A program made the translations under genes and the position numbers. A DNA stretch of 63,537 nucleotides from Paraspadella gotoi. Lineage: Eukaryota > Animalia > Chaetognatha. This document shows positions 36,683-50,175 of this stretch, piece by piece. The notes below the pieces were generated by a model. It did no database searches, was not told the origin of the DNA, and was given only the letters and a program-made list of their open reading frames with translations. The stretch lies in assembly GCA_051294375.1 (NCBI GenBank), contig JBJCIZ010000239.1, positions 343,078 through 406,614 of the forward strand, in the 5' to 3' direction. The stretch's first letter is position 1; the number at the start of each line of letters is the position of its first letter.

Positions 36683-38345
36683 CTTTAAAACCTTGGCACT
36701 TTAAAAAATCTCAAAACCAGACCACTCAGGTTGGTTAAACCACAATATTTATAGATTATAATCAGGTAAGCTTACAGGAAAAACAGCTTTTAATATTCAT
36801 ACATTGTTAAAATTTAACGACTCAGATATGCTCCTTGGTCTGGGGTTATAATTCTGGATAAGTCTGCGGGAAGTCCCCGGTTCAACTCTATTTTAAACAT
36901 AGAAAGCGCGAAAATTAATTCAATTATTAGCAATAGTATTAAAACAGCATCTCTTTAAACGTTTTTGTATTTTCCGTCGAGATTAAGGCAACAGTCAATC
37001 AAGAGAGAAAAAAAAATATCAAACTTGGGAATCATCCAAGTTTGCACTTGACATAATTCGATTGGAACTGATTTGATTTGAGAGAAAAAAGAAAATATTA
37101 GAAAGATCTTTCAACTTTCTCTTCCTTTTTTTTTTGCTTTTCTTTTCTTTAATCTTTCCTTATTTTCTTTCAAAGTTTCTCCCAGACATCCTCACTTTAT
37201 GTTCCTTTCAGTTCCAGCCTTTTCCTTTCTCTTGTTAATTTTTTTTCTTCCTTTTTTGGCCTTATTTTTCCAGAACGTCCCATTTCATCTTAAATCAGGA
37301 ATCACTAAATTATGGTTAAAGATTAGGTTAAGGATTAGGTTAGTGATATTAAGATTAAGTTTGGAATCAAAATTTAGCAGTTATATATTGAAAACTATCA
37401 TATTAGTAAATACTAATTTGTAGTTATTTTTATTTTTTTACAAATATAGTAGCCCAGTCAGCTTATTTTATAAATAGTACAACCCTTATCTAATGTCAAA
37501 CTTTCAAAATGTTTTTTTTTTAATTCTGAGAACAGATTCAGATTCCTCGTCAAAAGTTGATAGAATAAAATATAAATCTTTTTCATTAAGTAGGTTGTGA
37601 GATGGAAATCTGTGCATCGATGTAGAGAGATGAGTAGAGAGTATTTATAGTTCGTAAGCATTGATAAAGATGAAAAGTTTGTTGGAATTAATGGATTGTG
37701 TTTTGTGTCGTATATAGTGGGAGACTAAATAGCTAGTTCTGAAAGAGAGGGATTTATGTAGCTTTCTCGTGGCAAACGTGGTTATTAGGCAAAGGAATCC
37801 AAATCGGTTCTATTAGATATAGATTAGTGAAGGAATGTGCGTAGGTCTATTGTAGAATAGCTGAATGTTATAGACAATTATATAGCTTATTACTATATAT
37901 AGAAATATACATTGGCTGGTGCCACTTATATATAAAATTAAAATAATAATTTACCAAATGTATTTTTATTGAATTTTTATTTTCATATTTTTTGTGCTAA
38001 AATTTTACTTCACATTTTCACATGCTCTAATGAGTGATTCATTAAGTTAGGCGACTAGGGTTTAAAGTTCAGAGGATAATTACAGATCGATATTTTAGGG
38101 TTAGGATTGATTTACAGATCAAGGATTAGGCTATAGTTTCTTATAAATATATATTTAAGTGAATACTAAAATTAAAATTACATTCTGGATAAAAAAAACG
38201 AAAGAAAGGGCGCTGTTCTTAAGAAAGAGGGGCCCGTTTACTCTCTGGCTCTCTTCCGCCACCAGTAATATTAAAACCTAATCGACACAAATTCAGAAAT
38301 TCATCAACCAAATATTCCCCTTTCTCTTCTCGTCTCTCTTCTCTC

Positions 38346-38405
<60 letters not shown>

Positions 38406-41085
38406 ATCGCAGCGCCTCTAACGGTCGCGGCCACAACACTCTGACTCCGAAACAAAACGACAATCAGATTCCTTGATCGCTCGGGCGGTTCTTGAAACGG
38501 CCCTGTTTCGCTAAACACAATTCCAGGTCCTTAATCTTGTTTGTTGTCTTGTTTTGCTTTTTTTTTGTTTTTTTTTTTGTGGCTGCAAGCAGCGGCGAGA
38601 GGGAGGAGGAGGAGGGAACGCGCGAGGGGAGAGGGAGAGGGGGAGAGAGGGAGAGAGAGAGTGGGAGGGGGAGGGAGAGGGAGGAGAAAGAGGGGGAGGG
38701 GAGAAAGGGAGGGAGGGGGAGAGAGGGAGAGGGAGAGAGAGGAGGGGAGGAGGAGGCGAGGAGGGAGGGGAGAAGAGGGAGGGGAGGGGAGAAAAGGGAG
38801 AAGGGGAAGGGGGAGAGGAGGGAGGGGGAGGAGGGAAGGTGAGAGAGAGGGAGAGGAGGAGTAGGGAGGAGGAGAGAGAGGAGTAGGGAAGAGAGGGAGG
38901 GGCGACTAGAGGGAGTGAGGGAGAGGGGGGCATGGGAAGAGGAGAGGAGAGAGGGGAGAGGAGGGGGAGAACGAGGAGAGGAGTGGGAACTATGAGGAGA
39001 GAGAGTACAGGTGTAAGCGCAAGGGGGGGGGAGTGATGGCAGCGATATGAGACGGGAGCACGGATTGAGCGTAGAAGCGATGAGAAAGTTAGAGGAGGGG
39101 TAGAGAGTTGAGAGAGCCATCGTAATAGAGGAGGAGGAGGGGGAGAGAGTAGGAGGGGAGGAAAGGGAAGAGGGGAGGGGGAGAGAGAGTGGAGGGGAGA
39201 TGAGGAGGCGTGAGAGAGGGAGAGGGAGAGAGGGAGAGGGGAGGGGAAGGAGAGAGTGGAGGGAGGAGGGGAGAAAGAGGGGGGAGGAGCGGAGGGAGGA
39301 GGAGGGGGGAGAGGAGGGAGAGGGGGGGAGGGGTGAGCAGGAGGGAGCGGTGGAGAGAGAGGAGGGTGAGAGGGGAGGAGAGGGAATTGCGGGAGAGGAG
39401 AGAGGGAGGGTGAGAGGAGGGGGAGTAGAGGGAGGGCTAAGAGGGGGAAGTGAAGAGAAGGGAGGTGAGAGGAAAAGGGAGGTAGAGAGGGACATGGGGA
39501 GAGGGAGAGTAGGGAAGGGAGGGAACGAGGAAAAGTTCAAAAACAAGAGGCGGGAAAGAAAATTGCGAAAAAAAATGGAGGTCGACATCTTTTCTTTTCT
39601 TTACTCGAAAAATTTTATTTTTTTGAAAGAAAAAAAAATTATGCGTCTCGACTCTGTTGTTTATGACTTTTTTTTTCTATTATTTAAAATATTTTAAGTA
39701 TTTTTCTTTTAAAGTATTGGGTAGAACAATGATTAAATTTTATTGGCAATGTTATTATTTTTTTTTCGAAACGATATTAGTGCCCCAAAAAAATTTCTAT
39801 ATTGAGATATTAACCGAGCACTAAAAAAAATAGGCAGCGCGATTATAGCCTCGCAATGTTGTATGATATAAGAATTATCCATATATCTCCATGTATATCC
39901 ATACATCCATATATCATCCATATAATTTATATTATTTATTATTTAAATTATTTAAATTATTTATTATAATTTGAAGTAATAATTGCTTAATCTTAACAAC
40001 CAAGCCGCAAAAAAAAAGACTAGGGGGATGGTGGAGGGAGTAGAGAGGGAGGATACGGAAGGAGGATAGGGCAGACGTAAGTGGGTGAGGAATACGGGGG
40101 AAGAGTGGGAAGAGGACAGGTGGGAGGAGAAGAGGAGTGATAGGGAAGCAGGTGGGTGGGAATAGGGGGGAAGAGTGGGAGGCAGGGGGAGGATAGTTGA
40201 GGATAGGCTAATGGCATGAGAAATGGGTGGATAGGGAGGAAGTAGTGGAAGAGAGGAGGGTGTAGATATGAAAAGGGGAGGACTAAGGGGAGAGAAGTCA
40301 TTTGGTGATTTTTAGGGGGAAGTAGGTGGGCGAGGCTGAGATGGGAGGGAGAGAGGAGGATAGGTGGAGAAAAAGCTGGGGGTGGCTAGTATGCACGAGA
40401 GTGTTTTGAGAAGTGTTGTTATTGTGGGAAAAGGTTGTATCACATTAGAAGGGAGAGGGGAGGATACTTATAAAGGGGGAGAGTGAAATGTCGGGTGAAG
40501 CTACCAAGCTAGTAATTAGAGGTGTAAAATGAGTGGATGGAAGTTTAATCGGAGGCGTTTTAAGCTATTGAAGAATCGATGTTAAAATAGGAGCTACCGG
40601 AGTATATTCAATAGAAATTAGAGAATGGGAAAGCATTAAAGAGATCAGAGTAATAAGGCTTTATGTAAAGAGAGAGGAAGTTTAAAACATGTAGGTTAGA
40701 AATGTAGAATTGAGAAGTATTTTTGAAAAGGAACGGGTTCATGTCGAATTATTCCGGACCCACCCGTTTCCAAGAGTTTGTAAATAGTTCACTTTTTATG
40801 ATTGTATTAACAGCTTGATTTCGTACTTCTGTTGGTAGGTTTCTTTTGCCCANNNNNNNNNNNNNNNNNNNNNNNNNATAGGGGAGAAAAGAGTGAGGAG
40901 GTGCAGAATGCAGAGGAAGATTTTGAGGATTAGGGAGAGAGAAAGTGGGGGCGATAGGGGGAAAGAGTGGGAGGAGGTAGGAGGCAGCGGGTGGACCCAG
41001 ATGGCGAGATACAGATGGGAGGCAGGCCGGTTTTGAAATGCTGGCTGGCGTTGTTAGAGTGTTAAAGCGTCCCCGTGTCTTGTAG

Positions 41086-41347
41086 GTCGTAACCAAAGGG
41101 ACCCTCGTGACCCACTACAACGGCGATTCTTCCTCCGTCACGACCACCGCTCTCTCTCCCGCTCTGACGCTCACTTCCCCCGAGACGACGTCGACGCTGA
41201 CTCGCGGCGTCACGCCCAAACCCCGCGGCGCCGGAACGCCGGGATCTTCGTTGGGGAGGCCCTCGAAGAAGGCGAAGACGGGGGCGTCGACGGCGACGTT
41301 GACGACGGCGTTGATCTCTCACGACGGCGTCTCGAAACCAGTGACGA
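41086..41347 (+). CDS. Ser/Thr-rich cytoplasmic exon VVTKGTLVTHYNGDSSSVTTT...HDGVSKPVT, probably the same gene
   Basis: tcttgtag acceptor and GTGAGG donor; open frame, phase 0->1. The junction to the preceding exon is not resolved. Confidence 0.65.
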
Positions 41348-41722
41348 GTGAGGGGGCGGGAAGAGGGGGGGTAAATGGGTGGAGTTGATCGATTGGTTGG
41401 TTGATTTTTTTTTTGATTGGTATGTTCGTTGGTTCATTGGGTTTTTTTCTCGTTGATTGGTCGATTGGTTGGTTGATTGGTTTTATTCGTTGATTTGATC
41501 GATGATTGATTAATTGGTTTTTACATTGGTTGGCTGACTGGTTTATTCGTTTGTTTGTTTGCTGGTTGGTTGATTGGTTTTATTCATTGATTTGTTCAAC
41601 GGTTGATTAATGGGTTTTTACATTGGTTGGCTGACTGGTTTATTCGTTTGTTGGTTCGTTGGTTGGTTGATTGGTTTAATTCATTTGTTGATTCTTTCTT
41701 CCCCTTCTTTTTTTGGTATCAG

Positions 41723-41772
41723 CGCTTGAAAACGCCATCAACGGTAAGGACAGTCCCGCCACTTCCGTTTGA
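41723..41772 (+). CDS. Probable terminal exon (T)LENAINGKDSPATSV-stop with class I PDZ-binding-type C-terminus
   Basis: Pyrimidine tract with tatcag acceptor; phase 1 matches the previous exon; TGA at 41770-41772; ends T-S-V. Confidence 0.65.
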
Positions 41773-42380
41773 CGCTTTTTGACTCCGCGTCTTCGTCGTC
41801 TTCATCGTCGTCGTCGTCGTTTTCATCGTCGTCGTCGTCGTCCGCCCTCATCGCCCATCGGCAACTCGTGACGCACAGAAAAAAAAACCGGACAAACGGA
41901 CTCTCTCGTTCGGAAGAGAGAGATACCGGACTTCTTGGAACGAATTGACAAAAAAAAAAAAAATCTCGAAAAACTAAAAAAGAAATTCACGGGGAAAAGA
42001 AATTTTTACTGGTGCTACTATTCATTTTCTCCCTCGCAGCTCCGAATCCCTTTTGCCTCCATTCCCGGCTTCTTGAAAAATCATGACGGAATTAACGCCT
42101 CACTCCTCCCAAAAAAAATGGCGACGTCGAATTTTTTTTTTAAAAAATCGCCTCCTTTTTTTCTTGTCCCCCCCTTTCCTCCGATCCGTTCCTACCTCTC
42201 GCCCTTTTCTTTTTTCCATTGGCTCCCTGCGTCCAGTCCGTTCCTACCTCTTACGCCCTCTTTTTTTGTTTTTTTCTTACTATTTCTTTTAATCTTGCTT
42301 CGATCTTGCTTTCATAATTCTTTCTTTCTCTTTTTTTTTTTCCACTTATTTGTTTTTTTCTCCTCTGGTTCTGTTCGTTC

Positions 42381-42419
<39 letters not shown>

Positions 42420-43801
42420 TTCTCACACTTTCCTTAAAAAAAGTTTCTTAGTTTTCTTTCTCTTCTCTCTCTCCTTGGTTATTTTCTCTTTTTTTTAAAC
42501 TTCTGCCAGAAGTTCTGGTCATTCTATTCTATTTATTTCTTTCCTCCCATCTTCCTTTTTCTCTTTTAAATCTTCCTCTCCCTTTTCCTACTTTCCTTTC
42601 TTCTCTCCTTCCGCTAAACGAGTTCGACTTGGATATTTTTAGTTTCTCAACTTTTTCGCTCACCTTTCGAGTTTGAGCGAAAAATTAAGATAATCTTTTT
42701 AATAAAGTTTTTCTCTCTCTCTCTCTATTCGCCACAAGCCGAAATAAATAAAAAAAAACAACCTAAATATTATCATAATTCGCATTAATATTTTTTTTTG
42801 TACTACCGTCGACAAGTTGTGCCCTTCGCTATTTTGCTGAGAAAATGTATATATAAATTGATAAATAAAAAAACCCCAAATTCTCAAAAAACAAAAAACA
42901 ACAAAAAACAACAACAAAAAACAAATAATGTTCTAATTTACGATTGACGATTATCAGGTTCCTAATGACCCATCCTAATGACCCTAAGTCCTTTTTATGA
43001 CCCGGTAACCCCGGTACCCCCCATGCATTATCTTAATTTATTTTTCGAATACATTGGGTTGATTATAATCAGTTATATACTTGAATTTTCATTGTTTAAA
43101 TCTAATTACAATCGTTTTAATTTCAAAGACGATTGGATTTCTATCTAGAGTTATGGTAAATCGAATCCTAGTTTTAAAAAACCAAATTAATTAATTAATT
43201 AATTAGTTAATTAATTAATAAAATAATTATTTAATTAATTAATTAATTAATCTGGTAAATCCTATCTTAGTTTTAAAAAAACAATTTAATTAATATTTGG
43301 TAAATAGAATCCTAGTTTTAAAAATCCAATTTAATTAATATTATTTCGAATCATTTCGCTGACATTTTCTCATCAACCTTCCCCCGTCGAATATGAGACA
43401 TAAAAAAAACGTGCGTTTGTTCGTTTTTATAATCTTTGTTTTTTTTTTTGTTTTTTTTTTATCGTTTTGGATCTTCCCTGAATTTGTACTCTGTGATAAT
43501 ATTTCCCATTGTCCTTTTTGAATCACTGTCAATCAAATTCTCTCTTTAGTCAACTTATGTGTTTTGTCTCAATAAAATTGTTTTGTCTCTCATCTTAAGA
43601 GGAAAAAAATTGTTTTTTTTTTAAAAACTTTATCCTAGTTTGTTTTGGATCAGTTACAAAGAGATCTACGCAAACCGATCTGAAAAAAAAAGAATAATGA
43701 TTTTTATTAATGTTGTAACTTGTAAAGGAACATCACAAGTCGGGTCAATTTTTTCCGAGTGCCATCATACCATAGTAAATTTGTTTTTACTTTTATATTT
43801 A

Positions 43802-43862
<61 letters not shown>

Positions 43863-44831
43863 TTTATATTTATATTTATACTTTATATATTAGTTTCAAA
43901 GCAAAGTTTACATCGCTTTTTTTAAAGTTATTTTTATTTTCAAATTTTTGGTGATAAGCGTAAACATTCACAATCCCACTAACTTAATTTAAATTCACTA
44001 AAATTCAGACTTTCTTCGTTTTGGAATGATATATATTTAGACAAATACAATAAAATTAATACGGTTTTTTAAATTAATATATAAAATCGTTATGCCGTCA
44101 TTCCTTTGAGGTTGGTACGCGTGAATCTCTTAGAAGCAATGACAACGAAAAGCTTTTAAAAAGGTGATAGGTGACACTGACTATCAAAATATGAGGCTAA
44201 ATTCAGGTCATTTATCTCTCTGCTTTTTTTTTTTTTTGAAATTTCAACTGTTGGGGGAAAAAAGTTGAGCTCTATGAAATCGGTACAACCAAAATAGAAA
44301 TTTTTCTAATAAATCTAATTTATCTAATAAATCTCTTTTACAAGATTATAACATATCAGGATTCCGTAAGCTTTCATTCAAGACTCTCTCACAATCTTTA
44401 TATTATGACTTAATGGGGATATATATGGCATTGGACTCAATCGAAAGAGAGTTAGACTCTATTGAGTCATTATATATATAAAAAAAAACAGTTTGAAACA
44501 GTTTGGAGTCAGGAGAGAAACAAAAAGGGGGGGGGAAATTTTACTTTCGCCGACAGGGGTTTTGGCGTCTTTTGAAAAAAAAAACCACTTGAAAATATTT
44601 ATTTTTAAAAATATTTTTAAAAAATTAGTAATTACCCTACCTCTAAACCCTCTTTACCCTAACCGCGCCTAACCCTAAACCACCCTAAAACCACCCTTAA
44701 ACAACCCTTAATCCTAAACTACCCCTTAAATCCCCGGTCACCCAAAAAAAGGGCAGAGACTTAAATTTTTCGAAAAACCCAAATTCCTCACACATATTTT
44801 TTTTTATCTATCTCTCTCTCTCTCACGAATT

Positions 44832-46464
44832 TCACTTCAAGACCAAATTCGTCGTGTTGGGTAGGATGAGGGATGTTAGGCCCCCGGATGTCATTAGAAC
44901 AGCGACGAGGAGAATCGGGACGGCGCAATTGACGAGGAGCATCTCGCCGAAGACGATGTTGCCTAGTAACGGAGATGTATATTTGAGCTTTTTGTTTGTT
45001 TGTTTATTTGATTGTTTCATTTATTTATTTGTTTGTTTGTTTATTGTATTTTTTATTCATGCGTTTTGTTGTTTCAGCGATGAGACTAATCAAGATTTTG
45101 ATAATTTTTTTTTTTTTCGTTTCTACTATTTTGCTCTCTCCACACGCCCCCCCCCCGAAACTGACCCAAATGGCGGCGAGTCAGGTCCCATATCCCAATG
45201 AAAATATCCGGAAGCCGTCGCCCGAAGCTTCTGTTCGGAAAGTAGTTCGACCGCCATGACAGTTGAAGGCGCTGAAATCCTTGAGCAGGAAGAAGACAAA
45301 CGAATGACATGACGGTCGGAGAGAAAGTCGGTTTCATACTTACATAGGATGTTTGCTTCCGTTTTGCTTTATTTGGCTTTATTTGGTTTTGCTTCGTTAG
45401 GATCCTTTCTTGCTAATTACATCTTTTTGCTTTTTTGTTTCCTTGCTTTTTTGCCATATGTCTTCTTGCTTTTTTTTTCTTTCTTTTCTTTTCTTTCTTC
45501 TTTTTCTTCTTCTATTCTTTTCCTTCCTCCTTTCCTTTCGTTCCCTTCGTTTCCGTATTCCTTTCCTTTTCCTTCCTTTTCAGTAGTCTTACACTTCCAC
45601 TTTCACCATCTTCCGTTTCCACGCTTTCCCGTTTCCTTTCCATTCGTCTTCTTTCCGTTTTCCTTTCCTAATTTTCACTATTCCTTTCCTTTTCCGCATT
45701 TCCTTTCCTTTCCTTCCCTTTGTCCCTTTCCTTTCCATTTCCTTTCCTTTCCGCCATTTTTCTTGCTTCTCGTGTTGCCGGTTGGAATTCTTGTTTCTTT
45801 ACCTTCGCTTTGCTCTTTTTGCCTTCATTCGCTCTTTACGTTTCTTCGCTTGCTGCTTCTTTTCGCTTTCCTGCGTCCGCCTTTCCCTCTGCTTGCTCTC
45901 CTCCTTCATCCCCACCGCCCAATCCTCCCTCACCCAACGAGATCACCGTGAATTATTCGATAAAGCTTCCGAAAACGCAAGAGAACTTAAGAAAGAAATC
46001 AAGGCAGCCTCCGCCGACGGTTTGGGCGAGCCACAATCCGAAGAACCGTCACACCGAAGTTAGCCATTGGAGACGAATCAACAAGTCCTATTCGTCCCAG
46101 TGGTCCATGGAAGACGACGGCGAACAAGAAGCCGGGGTCACCGTGCTGAGAGGTCGTGATGAAGCTCTCCACGAATACCATTTGGTCCAAATTGGCCCGC
46201 GGTGGGGGGAGGAAATTAAATTTAATAATTAATTAAAAGCCGACTTATATTAATTTTGTTTAATTTGATTTCTGAGCGGTTTTAACCTTTAATGACGAGT
46301 CGTAACGTTTTATCGATGTGTAGTGATTTTAAATATGTACGCATTCTTTTTCTTTTCTTTTTTCCCGCTTGTTATTTTTAACATTTCCTTGTATTTCCTC
46401 TCTTGTCACTTAGATCTTTCAGTTAGAATTTAAATACTATGTTGTAGAACACTCGGGTCCAAGG

Positions 46465-46506
<42 letters not shown>

Positions 46507-48901
46507 TCTGTCTCTTCTCTCTCTCATCTCTCTCTCCATCTCTCTCTCTCATCTCTCTCTCCCTGATCTCTCCTCCGCCAACCGCTAGTCTTCGTAAGGC
46601 AGGTATTGCCATCGTCGGTCCGCGTTAGGCGTACAAGAACTGGCTGGCGTTAGAGACTAGGCGTGTGGCGTCAAGAGCGCGGCGCATGGCGCGGTCCCCG
46701 TACTTCTTCGGCCCAGAGGAGAACATTCTGGACCACATGAACATTCCGTTATAGTACCGAAGGCAGATGGTGAAGAAGATGACGATCATGACGAGGTTTG
46801 TTATGCTGTAAGGTGGGAGTGGATGAAAGGAGTTGGCGCGAGTGGAACGAAAGGAACGGATGCGAGCGGGAGGAGGAGGAGGAGGAGGAGAGGAGGGGAG
46901 AGATGGGATATGGCGCGGCAAGCGATTTGCATTTGGTGATTGAGCGGTCTGGAAAAACAACAAAAGGGTTGGTTGGGAAATTATTTATTTATAATTATAT
47001 TATGTAGCCGGGTGGGTTTATTTCGGAACCCAAACAGTTACTCGTAATCGCGAGCAGGCAATCATTCATTTTCGAAAAATAGTAAGACCTTGAGAAAGAT
47101 TTAATAAATGAACTATCTTGCGCAAGTCTTGGAACGGGTCATGTGGTTTAGAGGTTTCCTTCCCTATTACAATACAAATTACAATTAACAAATTTAAATC
47201 ATAGATTCTCTCGCAGGTCTGACTTGGGCGGGTTGTTAACTTTCTTATTAGTTTCATGGTTGGTTCATGTTTTTCATTCATAAATTTTAAAATCTACCCA
47301 TTTCTCATTTTCATGTTTATTCTCCCTCCCAACCTTTTCCGTTCTCAAACAATCGCTGTATTTTTTGACTCGATTATTTATTACAGAGAGTTTCTAATTT
47401 ATTCTCTATTTTTATCAATCGTTCTTTTAAAACAAAAACAGGTAGAACGGCTAGGTAGTCACTTAGATTCGAGTGTCAGCGAGAATTAATAAAAACCAAA
47501 AGAGCCACGAAATAAAAAGCCGAGTTTAAAATATTTGAGTTCACGCGATCGCTTTTTAAAATCGACCCACTGTTGACTTCACAAGTATGATAATATTCGC
47601 GTTTAAAAAGTCTCCGACTTTTCAACAAAAAGTTGAAACTAAACCCGGGAGTTATGAGAATTTTCAAGAGTAAGCGAGGACAGACCGACGAGTTCTCGGC
47701 GAACGCTCGCGGCGCCGACTAGAAAACTCCTAACGGCCTATAAATTCGCTTTCCTTTACGGTCTTCTACCATCTTTAGAATTTCGCGCCGGGCCTCGAAT
47801 TCGAATATGCGCAGTGGGCGATGGACCGCTCGCCCCCCACTGTTGTTCGTCGTCGTTGTTAGTGGGCGTGGCCGTCGTGCTCGTTGACGCGTTCGTAACC
47901 GTCGACGTCTCCGTCCGTCCAAGTCTGGGAAGTCCGAAAGGCTGTCTCAACAATGAACGGTTAGGACCGGGGGAAAACCTCCGTTCGTTTCCGTTCGTTC
48001 GTTTAGTTGTGTTTTTTTTTTTTTTCACGCTGGGTTGCGCATCCTTTTTTAATTTGACTTCATATTAAACTCTTGATTAGGATCTCGGCGACACCGAAAG
48101 CGGAACTCAAAGAGAACAGAGACAGAAAAGTGAGAGATGAGAGAGGAGAGGAGAGATGAGACAGCTTATGCAGGGGATGAAGGAGAGAGGAGAGAGACGA
48201 GAACGGAGAGGGAGAGAGAGACTAGAGAGAGAAACAGGAATAGACGTGAGAGTGGGAAACCAAAAAAAAAAAAAAAAAAAATAGAGCAGAAACTTTAATC
48301 GAACTATCAAGTCTCGCATCTCGCGTGTATCGCCTCGTACTGCATCGTCGAAATAACCCCGACGGTATCCTATCACCGGCTAATCAGGCTATAACATTAA
48401 CAATAATTAAATACTTAAATTAAATGATTAATTAATCGACCGATCTCCCTCGTTCCTAGTCAGAGCAGTAGATGAAAGCGCTCTGTTTCCGCGCGGTGGT
48501 TGCATCGCACCATTGAGTCGTCGGCGTTCCAGTCGTCATCATGCAGTCTCTGTTTGTTTTCTTCACCATGAGGGTACGCACGGTAAATAGAGGATTGATC
48601 GTACCGATTGATTGATGTGATTTCGATTGAGTTGATTGATGATTTGATTCATTGATTCATTCATAGACTCATGCCCAATTTCTTTTTTTCTTTTTTTGCT
48701 TTTTTTTCTTCCTCATCTTCCTCTTCTTTGTAACTACCACATCCCTTCTTACGAAGAAAAAGAAGGAAACCTCACCTGATCGACCCTCGCCTGCCACGCA
48801 TGTCGGAGCCGCTCGGGCCCGCGGCCCGCCGCCGATTCTGGTTCTTGTTGGAGTCGGAGCTCGGTCTCGGTCTCCGTTATCGTAGTTTTCGCTTTCGTCG
48901 T
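44832..48901 (-). CDS. SV2/SVOP-like MFS transporter, 3' half (TM7-12), indel-corrupted copy 1; exons at about 47760-47980, 46585-46850, 45947-46200, 45185-45285 and 44832-44975
   Basis: Consensus with copy 2 gives MIVIFFTICFGYYGMFMWFPELF, VESFITTSSTVPGFLFAVVFMDRLGRK, MAVELFPT..RATASG and LLGNIVFG...PILLVAVLMTSGGLTSLILPNTTNLVLK*, matching SV2-family motifs (YYG..WFP, MD.lGR, EL[FY]P). Confidence 0.8.
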
Positions 48902-48926
48902 NNNNNNNNNNNNNNNNNNNNNNNNN

Positions 48927-50144
48927 GTTGGAAAGAGTTCGACCGCCATGCAGTTGAAGGCGCTGAATCCTTGAGGGAAGAAGACAAACGAATGAATGAC
49001 GCGTCGGGAGAAAAAGTCGGTTTCTATTACTGGATGTTTGCTCGTTTTGCTTTATTTGGCTTTATTTGGTTTTGCTTCGTTAGGCTTTCTATGCTAAATT
49101 ACATGTTTTTGCTTTTTTGTTCCTTGGCTTTTTGCCTTGTCTTCTTGCTTTTGGTTGTTTCTTTCTTTTCTTTCTTTCCTTCCTTCCTTTCCTTCCTCCT
49201 CCTCGTCCGCCTTTCCGTTCCTTTCCTTTCCTTCCTTTCAGAGCTTACATCCACTTTTACACCTCTTCCGTTTCCACCGTTTCCCGTTCCTATCCTTTCG
49301 TTCGTCTTCCTTCCTTTTCCTTTCCTTTAATTTCACTAGTCTCCTTTCCCTTTTCCGCATTCCTTTCCTTTCCTTTCCCTTTTTTCCCTCCCTTTCCTGT
49401 TCCTCCTTTCCCCTTTTTCCTTGCTTCCTGCCGTGTTCGGTTGCGAATTCCCTTGTGTTCCTTTTCCTTTCCTTTCTCCTTTTCCTTCCTTGCCTTTCCT
49501 ATTCGCTCGGTTTTTGACATTGTTTTTCTTCGCTTAGCAATGCTTTGCTTTTCGCTCTTCCTGCGTCCGGCCTTCCCTTCCTCGCTTGCTCTCCTCCTTT
49601 TCTCCCCCACCCCCAATTCCTCCCCACCCAACGGTCACCGGAATTTATTCGATAAAGCTTCCGAAAAACGCAAGGAAGAACTTAAGAAAGAAAAATCAAG
49701 GCAGCCTCCGACCCGACGGTTGGGCGAGCCACATTCCGAAGACCGTCACACCGGAAGTTACCATGGAGACGATCAAACAAGTCTTTCGTCCCAGTCGGTC
49801 CATGAAGACGACGGCGAACAAGAAGCCGGGCACCGTGCTGGAGGTCGTGATGAAGCTCTCCACGAATACCTTTGGTCCAAATTGGCCGCGGTGGGGGGGG
49901 GGAGGAAATTAATTTAAATTAATTAAAAGCCGATTTATTAATTTTAGTTTAATTTTGTTTTCGAGCGGTTTAACCTTTAATGACGAGTCGTACGTTTTTC
50001 GATGTAGTGATTTTTAAATGTACGATTCTTTTTTCTTTTCTTTTTTTCCCTTTTTTTTTAACATTTCCTTGTATTTTCCTCTCTTGTCACTTAGATCTTT
50101 CAGTTAGAATTTAATCTATGTTGTAAACCTCGGGTCCAAGGGAT

Positions 50145-50175
<31 letters not shown>

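Larger units (their letters stand above)
27690..39990 (+). other. Assembly-level duplicates of the 14878-~25080 segment (blocks 27690-31670 and 31671-~39990; partial block at about 25700-27689)
   Basis: Both blocks start at the same base inside the solo LTR (CGCCAGTGAC); 27690-31420 matches 31671-35401 at offset 3981; 25-N spacers present. Confidence 0.85.

Noticed and set aside
48458-48590. MUS81-like C-terminus (AFIYCSD*)
   Set aside because: The reading depends on indels that differ between the two noisy copies.
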